NCBI GenBank assembly: GCA_051362555.1
Contig: CM120644.1
Location: 10,748,567-10,812,566, forward strand
From: Lingula anatina
Taxonomy: Eukaryota; Animalia; Brachiopoda
Reading direction: 5' to 3'
DNA length: 64,000 bases
The notes beneath the pieces were generated by a model. It saw only the letters and a program-made list of their open reading frames with translations, made no database searches and had not been told where the DNA came from. Below, piece after piece: positions 22,852-35,301 of this stretch. The stretch's first letter is position 1. Every line of letters starts with the position of its first letter. The translations under genes and the position numbers were made by a program.

Positions 22852-25126
22852 CTATCGTCTACTAGACCCATCTCCATTTTCTGAAAAAAAAGAGAATAAA
22901 AAGCAAATAAATCCTTCGAGTAAAGGAGCGGAATGACTGTTTGGTGAAATTCTCCTTTTCTCGATCCCATTATGAGAGTTATTTACACATTTGGATCTTA
23001 GAATAAAAAAAACGGGTTTGAAAATTGAAATTAGTCAACATTTTTGACGTGGTATATTTTCGTGGGTAAAGGAAAAACGTTGCAATTTCCTAAGAATTTT
23101 ATTTTCTTAAACATATAAAATGCGTCGTGTTCGTTTATCCACCAACATACCCGAACAATCGATGAAGTAGTAGACAAACCACCCTGGAGAGTAGGGCACC
23201 ATGTCAGCGCAAGCGGCATCCCCGAAGTAAAGGGTGCACTTCCCAGTACCAGACGACTTGTCGGTCACGTGGAGCGTCGCCGCGTCACATCGATATGGGT
23301 CGACTCGGAAGTAGCACGCGTCAACGCACGTGGTTTCGGTGTAAAAGTCCTCCAGCTCCTCACCCTTCCCTTGGATTTTGGTGTTGTTGTACACTTTGAT
23401 GCGTATGGTTTCTAAAAAAGATTGTGATGTAGAATGGAATTTCATTTCATTGAAAGCAGATTTAATATAATGGTTTATTGATCATTAATGATTTTTGGTT
23501 TTGTTCACACATTTTAAGGCTCTTTATACTACAAAGTCCATTAAGTGGCTATACCTACATGTACAGTGTTACGTGTATTTAGCATTACTCAGTTGCCATA
23601 CAGTATAAAGTACAGAATATGACAAATCAATTTTTATCATAAACACCATTATAGTTATTGTTGTTGTCGTTGTTGATAATGTTGTTGTTACTGTTTATAT
23701 TATTCTATCCATCCACTTTACTCATATTATATTTCTTGAAATTTTCAAACCAGCTACCTAACTGCCATGTTTATGAAGAAGAACAAGACGCCGAACACAA
23801 AAATCATTTTATGCATCATTACCCTCCCCAAACGCGCTTAAAGCAGAAACATAGCCACATCCGACAATGTTTTAATAGCCAAGAACTCACCACTATCGTC
23901 TTGGTCATCATCGCCGCCATTGCCAGGTGCTTCGGCGTGATCCGGCTCTTCCGTAGGCGCATACAGGGTGGGCGCAGGGTCGTGGGATGCCGTGGTCGAC
24001 GGCTTGTAGGGCTTCGTTGTAGTCGGCAGCGGCGTGGTCGTCGTAGTTGGAACAGTGGGGGGTTTATACGAGTTTGGTGGATGAGGTTTTGCTGGTTGCG
24101 GATCAATAGGAGGGTAAGGAGCACTAGGCACGGGCTTCATTGGGCTTGGCTTTGCGGGTGTTTTGGTGGATGGTTGTTCCGGTTTGGGAGGATACGACAC
24201 CTCTGGTTTGGTTTGGGCTGGTTCCGTTGGTTTCGGGTGATCCGTCTGGGGTGTGGGATATTGCTGTGGGTTAGGGTATAGCGGGCTTGTTAGAAGTTTT
24301 GTTAATGGTTTTATGGGTAACGTTTCCTTTGACTCTGGCTCTGCCGGGACATCGGGAAGCGGTACATAAGGTTTAGGGGGTTTGGGGGGATCAACTGCCG
24401 CTGGAGGTACATCGGGAAGCGGTACATAAGGTTTAGGGGGTTTGGGGGGATCAACTGCCGCTGGAGGTACATCGGGAAGCGGTACATAAGGTTTAGGGGG
24501 TTTGGGGGGATCAACTGCCGCTGGAGGTACATCGGGCAGCGGTACATAAGGTTTAGGGGGTTTAGGGGGATCTGGAGGATCAATGACAACAGGTGGCATA
24601 GGTTTGTGTGGGGTGGGTGGTGGATACACATCCTGATTTTCTAGATCTGGGACAGGATCCGAAGAAGAATCTTGATTTGCATACCTCATCGGGGGTTTGT
24701 CTGGTATAATTGGGGACGGTGCACCTGGATTTTCTAAAGTAAACTGCGGAATTGGAAAAGGCAGGTCTGCATCTGCTGGCGGATTGACATCCGGTTTAGC
24801 AGTAACCGGATCGTGTGGCAAAACAGGAATGGGTTCGCCGCCGTCGCCTCTCCCGCCATCCGGTTCCACGGGCATTGAGTCCTCACCCTTTTTAGGCTTA
24901 CGTTTTACGGGGCCATTGGCATGGTAACGCCGTCTCAACTCGCTCTCTTCTCCTCGGCCGTCGCAGTAGACTGAGGTGTCCACGCATGGACTATTGCTGC
25001 CCTTATAACCGGCAGGTACCCCCACCCCCTCTGGACATGGCAGCTTGTATGGCTTGGAGTGGACGCATACGTAGAAGATACATCTATTTTCATCGTCACC
25101 GACCAAACGGGCGCTATAGCAGGCTG

Positions 25127-25180
<54 letters not shown>

Positions 25181-25676
25181 TAAAAGCCTTTTCAGGTTTT
25201 TCTTCTTTAAACTTATTGTGGGTATTTGTTACCTACAAGGGAATGGGTTCGATGGAAATGTAATATTATTGTAAAAAAATGTAAGACATATTTTAAAAAC
25301 AACAATTGAAATAAAGTAGGTTCTACAATAAGAAAAACTCGTAAACTTTTGTCTAATATGCTGTACTATGTGTTTGCCTTGTTGAATTGACCTGAAGCAG
25401 AATGTTGGCAGACGACACTTCCGCAGTTTAATGCCCAAACGCCCAAGGCGGTTTACTGGGACGTTCTGCTTAATCAACTATCAAAACAGGAACACATAGG
25501 CTTTGTGAACTCCGTAATTCAGTGATTAAATCTATGTTATTTCTTGAATGTCTTTGTAGCCCCGGCATTTTCTTTCCATTTACATTTTCTTTGTCTTTAT
25601 TGCTTTAATGCATGATACGTATTGAGGAAATATCTTTCATATGTAGGAAAAATTCAATGTGTAACCAATCCTCCCT

Positions 25677-25719
<43 letters not shown>

Positions 25720-26453
25720 GCCCTTCATTTACAGATCTCAGGACACACGCGCCCTCGCACGAGTATACATGCGCGCTAAAATTATTGAAATTTGGGACTA
25801 AAAAGAAAGAAAATAGCTGAATGACATCAACAAGACTCCTTAAGGTTTCCTACGAAAGAAAAGTGTCGAAGCCTTGTCGAGTAAGCCTTTAAATTATCAA
25901 ATCTTTTTTAAAGCGGATTTTCAAAGAGAACAAAATGCAAAATTTTGGCATAAAAAATAGAAAGCGAAACGTCGAACCAGTTTTGACAAATCTGGTAGTT
26001 CACAGGCACTCTCTAAATACACGCCGATGACTTTACGTCTTCAGGACCACTAACACACGGCTGCAGTTGAGTTGAGAGTTGCATGCGTTCCATGCATTTT
26101 CACAACGCGCATACTTATTCACAATCCAAAGTGGCATCTAGCATATGCATGACCATCATATCGAAAATACGAACACTTAAACACAAAAGAGATCATGTAG
26201 ACCCAATCTTCATAAACATTTCTCGTGCTATCTATAGAAAATCAAGTGAAACCATGGACAACCAAACATAAAACATAAGTACGGTGAAACTCGAAAAAAT
26301 TATCTTACGCTTATATCGCCCACTACATAGGCTTACTATGAATAAAATAATATATATCATGGACATTAACTTACGATCACCACTTGGTTTCCCGTTTGCC
26401 AAGGACAAGAAGCATATTGCCAACAAAGAACTGAAACTTCGCGGAAACTTCAT
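22852..26453 (-). CDS. Secreted chitin-binding (ChtBD2/CBM14-like), Pro/Thr-rich, PAN/apple-like domain protein; 4 exons, ~533 aa
   Basis: Exons 26453-26375 (signal peptide MKFPRSFSSLLAICFLSLANG), 25123-23891, 23411-23151 and 22880-22852. All junctions are GT-AG, phase 1 and in frame. Six-Cys motif CYSARLVGDDENRCIFYVCVHSKPYKLPCPEG...CVDTSVYC; PAN-like CVDAC...CDAAT...CTLY. The last small exon is less certain; the alternative is a stop at 23107. Confidence 0.8.
24349..24572. repeat. Coding minisatellite, 60-bp unit x ~3.7 (DPPKPPKPYVPLPDVPPAAV)
   Basis: The sequence lines at 24361, 24421 and 24481 are essentially identical. Confidence 0.95.
25128..25178. repeat. (AAT)n microsatellite abutting a splice acceptor
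   Basis: Directly visible; the minus strand reads (TTA)n-TTCCAG|exon. Confidence 0.95.
25681..25716. repeat. (CT)n microsatellite
   Basis: Directly visible. Confidence 0.95.
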
Positions 26454-26468
26454 TGTGCCGCTGTGCAG

Positions 26469-26509
26469 CTGAGATCAGTACGTTACGAATCCCCAGCACC
26501 TATATAAAT
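26469..26509 (-). promoter_or_regulatory. Putative TATA box and initiator of the chitin-binding protein gene
   Basis: Minus-strand TTTATATAGG lies ~30 nt upstream of TCAGCT, which is ~20 nt before the ATG. Confidence 0.45.
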
Positions 26510-27412
26510 CTAGAGAGTATTCTCAGTGAACAGTGAATACGTTTCGTCCTAGTGAACACCTCCAAGCCTATCTAAATCATCTAAAACAAAGCGTGGCTTC
26601 CGATCGGCTACGTCACGGAATGCTCCCAGTATGTACTGCCAGCGGCGAACAGAGCCCTTTAGCGATCGCGCCCCCGGCCGATCCCATGTACGGTAAGGCG
26701 CCATTGCGTGTACAACTTGGCCAGTAGTAAAGACACGAGGAGACTGAGAATGGTATGATCTCTGACTTTTGCAACATCTACTGCCATCACCTTTGCAACT
26801 TAGACACTATGAGTCGTTTTTTATTGGAGGTATAAAACATCGGTCTCGTGACAAAGCTTGTTCATAGCGGGCCGTACTTGAATCGCAAATAGTTTAATTT
26901 TCGTCACTAGAAAATTATCGCAAGACAATTATCGCAAATGACATTATGTGGGAATGTACATTTTGTCTCTAAATAAAAAAAAAAAACAGGTTTGCCAATG
27001 TGGTTGGCCCTTTACACAGCGCAAAAAGTCAGATATGCATTACGTAAGCGTGCGGAAATGACGCAAATACCAGCCAAAAAACAGAACCTATCCCCAACGT
27101 TTCTGGTCCTAAGTTAAACTTGGTTTGAACGCATGTATAGAGACCAGCCAGGCACTCATATCCTGAGTTACTGAGGGAGCGGGACAGGAACGGGACAAGA
27201 AAGACTGCCTATTGACGACCCTGTAACAGCAAAATTTGCTTTCAAACAACGGCAATAAAACCCTGGCCCATGCAAAGTCACAGAACAAGGATGAGAACGT
27301 TGTCCTCGGTGTAACCCCTCCAATGACATGAGTTGGGAATCCGTCTGAGGAAAGGTTAGGCTGCTGAGAATTCTATTTTACTTATTCTTAGGGGCCTATT
27401 AAACAGGTAAAA

Positions 27413-27414
<2 letters not shown>

Positions 27415-27456
<42 letters not shown>
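27415..27456. repeat. (AAT)n microsatellite
   Basis: Directly visible. Confidence 0.9.
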
Positions 27457-27457
<1 letters not shown>

Positions 27458-27682
27458 GCCGCTTCTTCTCTACCAGAGACCAGCTGAGTGATGGAAGCAA
27501 TTTTACACAAAAATTCTTGCTGGACCAAACGGAACCAAATGTTACTGCGCACGAGTAAATCCTTTTGTTTTCGCTCAACTAGCAATTACTGTACATAGCG
27601 CCTAGGTGCTAAACGCTCATTACCTAATCTGTCTTCGCTTACCTGCCTAGCAAAAGCAGGTATACAGAGATATACACCTGTA

Positions 27683-27848
27683 CAGGCCCGTAGCCAGGGG
27701 GTTCGGGGGGTTCGAAAGAACCGCCCCTTTTGCTGGGAAAAGGTCCACTTTGGGTAAAATTGGATCTACGTTCATGAAGTTTTTATGGGAAAAGGTCCAC
27801 TTTTTCAAAAAATGAACCCCCCTTTTGAAATTTCTGGCTACGGGCCTG
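27683..27848 (-). mobile_element. MITE family B, second copy (inverted), 5-bp TSD CTGTA
   Basis: Reverse complement of 19168-19336; CTGTA at 27678-27682 and 27849-27853. Confidence 0.92.
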
Positions 27849-28365
27849 CTGTACATGTATCTGTGAATACTAAGTGAAAATTGGCGGGTGGCCCTGGCAG
27901 AGAGTCGCAGTTTCCCAATATTTTGGTCTTTTGGATAACCCGCTGTATATCTTGATAACTTATTTTCCCATTGAGATCTGTCAACTACGTTTTATCGTAA
28001 ACTCCATGGACAATATCAACTTGTCTACGTTATGTGGTTGGTAATCCAAGTTTAGAACTCTTCAGCTTAACATAAAATCTTGAGACTTTTCTTGCGGAAA
28101 ATGGTTTTCTCTTTAAATGGAACCACGTTACTAGAAGTGTTGTGTGTATGATGGGGGATCGGAGGTGGAGTTAGCATTTTCATTTAAAGCAGTTGCTAGC
28201 GAGAAGCACCGACACGTGCGCTGCGTCATATCATGGTACCTCGTTGTGAGTGAGCGTGGCTTCAGGGATTTCCGGCGAAGTGAGTCAAAAGGCGATATTC
28301 ACAAACGGGAGCGTAACGGTCGCCTTTGGGCGAAAGGTATTTCGCTGGATGAGTCATGCCTTTAA

Positions 28366-30545
28366 GGGGACTAATAGTAAAAGGACCAAAGTCATAGAAA
28401 CAAAGCCCTGGGCTTATAAGTTTTTATAAAAAATTGAAACAAACTTCCCAAAAAGCCAATTTAAGACGGGGATTAAGTACAGTGTCCAACGGATGACGCT
28501 ATAGCGCCAATTTTAGGGGAAAAATGCAGTTTTCGGTATTGGGATTTTCTCTATAACCAAGACAGCTATTCAAGTGATTCAAAAGGCCTCATAAAGCTGG
28601 GTGAAAGCACTTCAGCGCGGTACCAGGGAATTGTCTTAAACTATCTACTTTTGATTTTATTATCTTTTACGTTAAATTACCCCATATTTCAATGGGTTAT
28701 TCACTTCAAAAGACGATAACTTTCAAACAAACAATTTCCTCTTAAACCCCTGACATCTTGCTGTAGTCCACATTCCCAACAACAATAGGTGCAACTTTTG
28801 TAACGATCGGTTGCTCAGATAGTGAGATATACTTGGCAGCGATTCACTTATCTCGTCAATATAGAAACCTGTTAAAACAGCCAAAAACGTTCACAGGTTG
28901 GTTAACAGAGCTTATTAGTCAAATGCTTAGCTGGCAAATTTACCTGTTATCGGCTATACGATCAGATGGAACCATTGCTCATTTTCATCTAAAAATATTT
29001 TGTTTGGGTGCTTTGAAAGGGCAGAAAATCGTGCTTTTGTTACATTTTCCGACCACTCGTTAGGCTTGTAAGCGTGCCGCCATGTTGATTGACAGCTCTG
29101 GAGAGGGCCCTAGCCTAGTGATGCCCAGTAGGGTGTCAAGGATGTGTTGAAGGAAGCGCTAACAAAGGCGATTACGTAAAACCGCAATTAAGAGGTGTGA
29201 AGTTGCATTTTAACGTTTCAATGGGTCTCCCTCGGCAATCGAGCAATTTCACCTGAGAGTTTCTTTTTCTGTTATCGGCAAAGTGATCAGATAAAACTGG
29301 GTGACAGTAGTAGTTCTTAACTGATTATCCTGGTAACTGTGAACTCGGGGGTGGGGGGGGGGGTGTTATTAATTTTTTCAAGAAGTCTTTTTGTGATTTT
29401 TATTTTGGGTACATTTTGAACTTTTTCTTCCCGCTTGATCTGTGGTTTTGACATTGTTTTTCTCCAAACATCGCAAAATGCAAGTTAACATGCGTTTTTA
29501 TTTTCATTGTTATTTTCTTAATCATGCTGTCGATCCTTGCTTGGATTTCTCTCATTTGGCCATTCACATTAATTTTTTGCGTGTCTCTAAAGCTCCTTGA
29601 TTTCATTTATCGGAGAATAAAATTACATTTTGTCAACATTAGTTTTTACCTTCTACAAACGGCGTCCAACAATCATTTCCAGTTTCGTAACGTGTCGCAG
29701 ATACGCTCGCCGATATATATCGCCAAAATTAAGAGCTAGGCTAAAAGTTTCGTTTCTAGCTTTTTTTCTTTTAGTAATGAATTTTTCGTACAAATACATT
29801 TCTCAATTAATTTAGATGATTCGATTTAGTCTTTCACCCATTTATTAGGTATACATAAAGAAAAAAGAAAGACGAATAATATTAAACATTTCATGATGCT
29901 ATTATTTGAGCTGTACATGCGCCAATGGCTGTAACTGTCCTTCGACCAACACAACGTCGCCGCCACACACACGACAAACACACGACTTGTAGGCACTTTC
30001 TAGCAACTGTCCACTGTGCCAAAGCCTGTACCCAGTAGCTACTGTTTCTTCCTCACGATCACTGTCAGAAGACTCCGAGGGCTGTTCAAAGTCCTTCAAA
30101 ATCTTACGAGTGCTCACTCCAGGTAGATTCTCTCTCTCGTCATCCGACTGAACAAATACCGGTTTTCCTCCAACCGCCCACATACTCTCAAAATTTTCTT
30201 TCTTTCCTCTGGAAATGGACTTTTAACACGGACTTTTCTCTTCCCCATAGCGTACTCGACTTCTTCACTGCTTAGCTGATGTAAGACTTATGACCTATCA
30301 CCGCACACGTAATCGGGTTATAACTCATTAACTATGCTCCGCCCCCCTCATGGCAACGGCCCTTAGCAACAGAGTTGTCAGCCTGACTGGGGCGCGTGCC
30401 AGTTGAAAAACTCATCAAAAGACACATTTTGCGGTGCAAATTCAAAATAATTATTACATCCAACATTAGATACTTTTGTGATTAATAGAAACACACAAAA
30501 AACTAAAAAACATGATTTTAAGCGTAGTTAACCCTATTACCCACC
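28366..30545 (-). mobile_element. Internally deleted Kolobok-like DNA transposon
   Basis: TTAA on both flanks and imperfect 12-bp TIRs (ggggactaatag / ctattacccacc). Carries a frameshifted, truncated transposase-like N-terminus at ~29902-30248 (MGKRKVRVK..., TGYRLWHSGQLLESAYKSCVCRVCGGDVVLVE with CxxC). Confidence 0.6.
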
Positions 30546-33095
30546 TTAAAAATCCAATATTATTAATTGAGGCCTGCGCGACAAGAGAACGTTACATCAA
30601 GTTAAATTCTGAACTGGCTTCAGGGTCTTGGATTTCATTATGATCCGTTATAACTTTGATTTTATTATAATCACCATGCCGCTGTTTCGCAGAGGAATTT
30701 GGCTGTTAACATTAGTAAGTAAAATTGCGGATTCCAAACAAGATTAAGAAACAAAATCAACTCTTAATTTTTAATATTTTTACTTACATTTTTATCAGAT
30801 ATATTATTTCAGTGTCAGTAATTGCAGTTACAAATCTGTAATATGATCATTGATAAGTATAGTCAACGACTTGTATCATACCAATTACATTAAGTCTTAA
30901 AACTGATGGTTTTATCACTGTTCAAATATAAAATTAAAGAAAATACACCCTTTTGTGTAGTAGCCGGCAACGAATCTAAAACATTTGCAGTGATCACTGA
31001 TACACAATACGACGTTTGTAATAAAATGCCCATTTTTTTCTGCTGATCCTTGTATTATTTTTACTATCATAATGAACTGACTGTTTGCATACACTGACAT
31101 TAAAAGTTAAAGTAGTACATGTATGACAACTATGGAAAAATGAAGATGAATGGTTTGATGATTAAAACAAAAATGAAGAAGCTACTGAGACTGATGAATA
31201 TTTACAGGAAGAACCAAAAAACATCTTTTTCGATAAAAGACATTATTATGGAAAGGAGCATAAGACACCTAGTTCCTCCTCTCTATTATGAAGCATGTAT
31301 TTGGTAAACCAACATACAAAGTCAAATATAATTGTCTTCGTCAGAAGATCTGTTGTATAATCATTTAACAAGTAAACCATTAATTTAGTCAAAGTTACTA
31401 GATTGCTGGCTGGAAATTTTGACCCTTTTTGATGTTGATTGTCCTACTAATCAAGTTCAAATCAAAATCTCATTATGTCAAAAAGTCAAAATTGTTCATC
31501 TCATCAATTGTGACATCTGTATCTGAAACAAGCCATACATATATCTCAAGTTAAATCAACCAACCGTTAGGTTTAAAGTGTTTTAATTATCATCATGTTG
31601 CATGCTGTGTCTATCAAGTTAACAATGACCAGTGTAAACTACACTAATTTTGATACAAAAATGTCTATAGGGAGTCCTGATAGACATATATATAAATACA
31701 AAAATTACACAATTAGCACCATATGTTAGAAAGGTAGATGGTCACTTGAAATCCGACATACATACATTGCCTTCAAACAATAGTACAAAAAAAAAAAAAA
31801 AACAATAGTACAAAAAAAAATACAATTATTGAGACAAGTTACAAATTTCTAGTTTTCACAATGCTTGGATTACCTTTTTACAGTCTCATAAACAACAACA
31901 GAAAACCACAGAAAACAAACAAAAAAATGACCTGTAGGGCAAATGTTCACAGAAATTGTTAAATGATAAGTGTTTTCTGTCCACAGCATAGCAACATTAC
32001 ACATTAAGTTCTGTTGTCATTGTGTTTGTTGTGACAACTCACTGTGCAGCATCACACCTAGAGCAATCTGGGTACATCCACAGCCATGACAGCCTGCCAT
32101 CAGCAAGACTGAGCTATCTAATCAGAGCCTCCCTTACTCAACCAGAAATCAAAATTACCTCCCATCATAATATTGCATTACAAAACAAATTGTTATTCTA
32201 ATGGATACCAAGATGGGCTTCTTAAACTAGCTGCCCTGTGCTCCAAGCTTCCTGGAGTTAAATAGTCCAAACTCTTGTATCAGCTTAAAGTTCCCCAAGA
32301 TCTTGTCTGTTTTAGGTCAGCATTAGTAATCTCTGAGCATTATCAGTATGTCATGTGGCTTTTCAACAGTCAGTCAATAATATGAAGAAAATGTTTACTA
32401 TATTTGTGGTCACATTCCTAAGGTAGCCCTACCACCAATCAAACTGGTGTCAAGAAACCACAACCATCCTTGCCATTCTGTGGGCAAATGGCAGAAAATG
32501 ATAAAACATTTGGCATGAATTTCAGATCTGGACCAAGGCTTTCACAGGTATGGCTTTGGCCTCAGTATAAAAGATTTTTATATAACAAGGAGTCGAGCAG
32601 GTGTCTTAAATGCCATATGGTCTGTCTACTATTACTGACCACCTGTCAAAATGCGATATTTGTGGTCATCAAGTTGTACTCAATTGTTTTGAATTGACTG
32701 TTTTTTTTCCATCATGAAAATCCACCAAGAATGCCCTCGATCTAAAATATCCCAATCTCCTCTTCACTTCAGCATTCCTTTTGTGTTTGTGTGGTTCATA
32801 CATGTAACTTATATAGCACCTTTCATGTACAATGTTTGGCTTATCTTTAGAAAAAAAAGCTGCTATATATATATATATATATAAATAAATATGTACACAA
32901 GCACAACTTCCAGTCAAAAGCTTCAGTTGGCCGTTTGAAGGAATTGTAGTAGTTGAGCATGCTGGATGTGCTAAAGTGGCGGCACACCTAGCACAATATG
33001 TGTCCATCCTTTTGCTCATGTACAATCTATACATCAGATCACTCCTCTCCTTATATGAACCCAAATGTGTTTCAGACCAATCATTTGGTTCCTTA

Positions 33096-33318
33096 AGCCC
33101 CCTTTACACTGGACGGCGTCCTTTCTGCGTCCAGCAGTACGGCCCTATTTGAGAGTTAAAAAATTATAATACTTTACGTGCCGACAACTGGCCGATCATT
33201 GAGCATTCATTCTGATACAAAATCAATGCTCGTGCCTCCTTATTACGACCACAGCGATGTCAAATTTCATGGTTGCAGAAAGGACGCAGAAAGGACGCCG
33301 TCCAGTGTAAAGGGGGTA
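33096..33318. mobile_element. Harbinger-like MITE with TTA TSD, probably in the LYPD6-like 3'UTR
   Basis: TIRs ccccctttacactggacggcgtcctttctgcgtcc / ggacgcagaaaggacgccgtccagtgtaaaggggg; TTA flanks. Confidence 0.85.
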
Positions 33319-33603
33319 TTACAGACAAACAATTCCAAACAAGTTGAAAACTGTGGAGATCCAGTCCACACATCATTAGTGCCAGCTAGTCCAATACTGT
33401 GCACAGGTCCATGTCCTGTTTATTGCAAAATCCCTGAGGTCGTTTACGATGGTTGCTATGACAATGCTAGGTTGCCAAGACAACACTAGATGTCCAAGAC
33501 AGACAGCATCAAGTACTGTTTGCCGCATAGTCAATATGGAGCAAAAACATATTACACTTTTCCTTTGGCTAGTGATGATTTTATCTCATAATGGAAACAA
33601 ATG

Positions 33604-35301
33604 CTACCTCCTCCAACTTGGAATTAGTAAAACGGTTGTCATAGCAACAGGTATTAACCACCTAGTATCGAGGACAGTCCTTGATGCTGGATTTCCCAGC
33701 CTTGAGTAGAGTATTGCTGTTGATGAGTTAGATGGAGCATGTTCATTGCAATAAGGCTGGTCACAGCATGAAATACAGTCCTGGAAGAGGAAAAATAATT
33801 AGGAAATATTATGGGGAAAACATCTCATTAATCCTAAAAGTCATGCATTTTGCACAGCACAATATTATCTTTAATATCAGATATTGCTAGATCGCTGCTG
33901 AAACATCATGTAATTACAATTTATTAATTCTTATAAGACAAGATAAATAATTTAACCAAATACCTGGAAACATCTTAAATATAACTTAAAGTTAATTTTG
34001 ATCATTAATCTCAAAATAAAAAATGCATTTCTTTCACATTATATAGTAAAGCATATATTGTCATATGGATGTATACCTGTACATAAGGTATTTCTGTTGG
34101 CCTACAACCTATGGTACTTTTATTACACTCTGCAGGTTTAGCACACATTTTATTCACAGCTATACTTCTCCCTGTTAGTGTATTAACTCTGTGGACTGTC
34201 TTGCACACTGTGAAGTCTGGAAAATGAACCAAACCTTTAAATGTTGACAACATTTTCATGGTATTTGGGATTTGTTTTGGCCTGCAGGCATTTTATATAT
34301 ATAGTTATAAAATAATGTGCATGGCTTTTACTCTGGTCATGAAAGTCATTGGTTTCACCCCTTGTAAAATGTAAACTGTGAAATCTTAAAGATTGAAGAG
34401 AAACTACATTTCTATAACAGAACTTGTTTTCATGGTGTCTGGTTTATCCAGGACTGGGGTCAAACAAAATACCTGCGTACCTCGTCGCAGTTGGGGTAGA
34501 TTGCACTATTTTATAAATGATAGAATAAGAGTCTGGTTAGAAGGAAGACAGAGAAAAATACAGATATCCGCTTTACCCTAGTGAGGTTTTAATAAGAGAA
34601 GTGCAAGCATTAATTTAATTACAAGCAGCTCCTCTTCAACAGATTGCACTATTTTCTTACATAATCCCCACACTTACTTTGTAAACAGAATTTGTCTGGG
34701 GCCCAGTTGTTGCACTCTTCATTGCTGCTTTTATTGGGACAGGTCCAACATGTTATTACTGTAAAAGTGAAAAGAAATTGATGGGTTTACATAGGCATTA
34801 AAAAATAGTGAATAAATGAAATATTTATAGCTTTAGTGGTGAAGAATGTATGTATCTGTACATCTTTGATAGCTTAAATATAAGTAACTTAATCGACGTT
34901 CTCTCTGTAAATATCAGACAGCCATGGAGTATAGTTTTCCTAAAATGTACATAAAGGGCTAAAGTGTGATCTAAAGTGAATTGATACAATTGCTTCAATA
35001 TAATTAAACAAATTTGTGTATTCACCAAATTTTAAAAGCAGCACAGAAATATATATAATATAAACTAAAAATATAATAACACTTTATATTTTCATGTAAT
35101 ACGTAATAAAGTAATAAGAACAGACTGCTTACATTTGGGTGGTGGTTTTGTCGTTGACGTTGGAAAGTCTGTGAATGGATAAACATCATTTCCTGCCTCC
35201 ACCACCAGACTCTGTCCCAGTACTGCACTACAGACATACAGGACACACACTAGCACCAGCATGATCAGTTTAGAGAGTACTGGCGGCCATATTGGGACCA
35301 T
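33604..35301 (-). CDS. LYPD6: Ly6/PLAUR (LU, three-finger) domain protein, LYPD6/LYPD6B-like; 4 coding exons, ~188 aa
   Basis: Exons 35301-35133 (signal peptide), 34758-34678 (ITCWTCPNKSSNEECNNWAPDKFC), 34216-34077 (VCKTVH...SIAVNKMC...EC...GC) and 33780-33604 (CISCCDQPYCN plus a hydrophobic tail). GT-AG junctions in phases 1, 1, 0, all in frame. Matches the LYPD6 signature CFTC...NYECNRWAPD.YC and CxSCCxxxxCN. Confidence 0.88.

Noticed and set aside
24349-24572. Regular repeat as a possible CRISPR array
   Set aside because: There are no unique spacers; it is an in-frame coding minisatellite in eukaryotic DNA.
23658-24927. Plus-strand and alternative-frame ORFs (207, 101, 106, 76 aa) over the Pro-rich exon
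   Set aside because: Shadow ORFs of a GC-rich repetitive coding exon.
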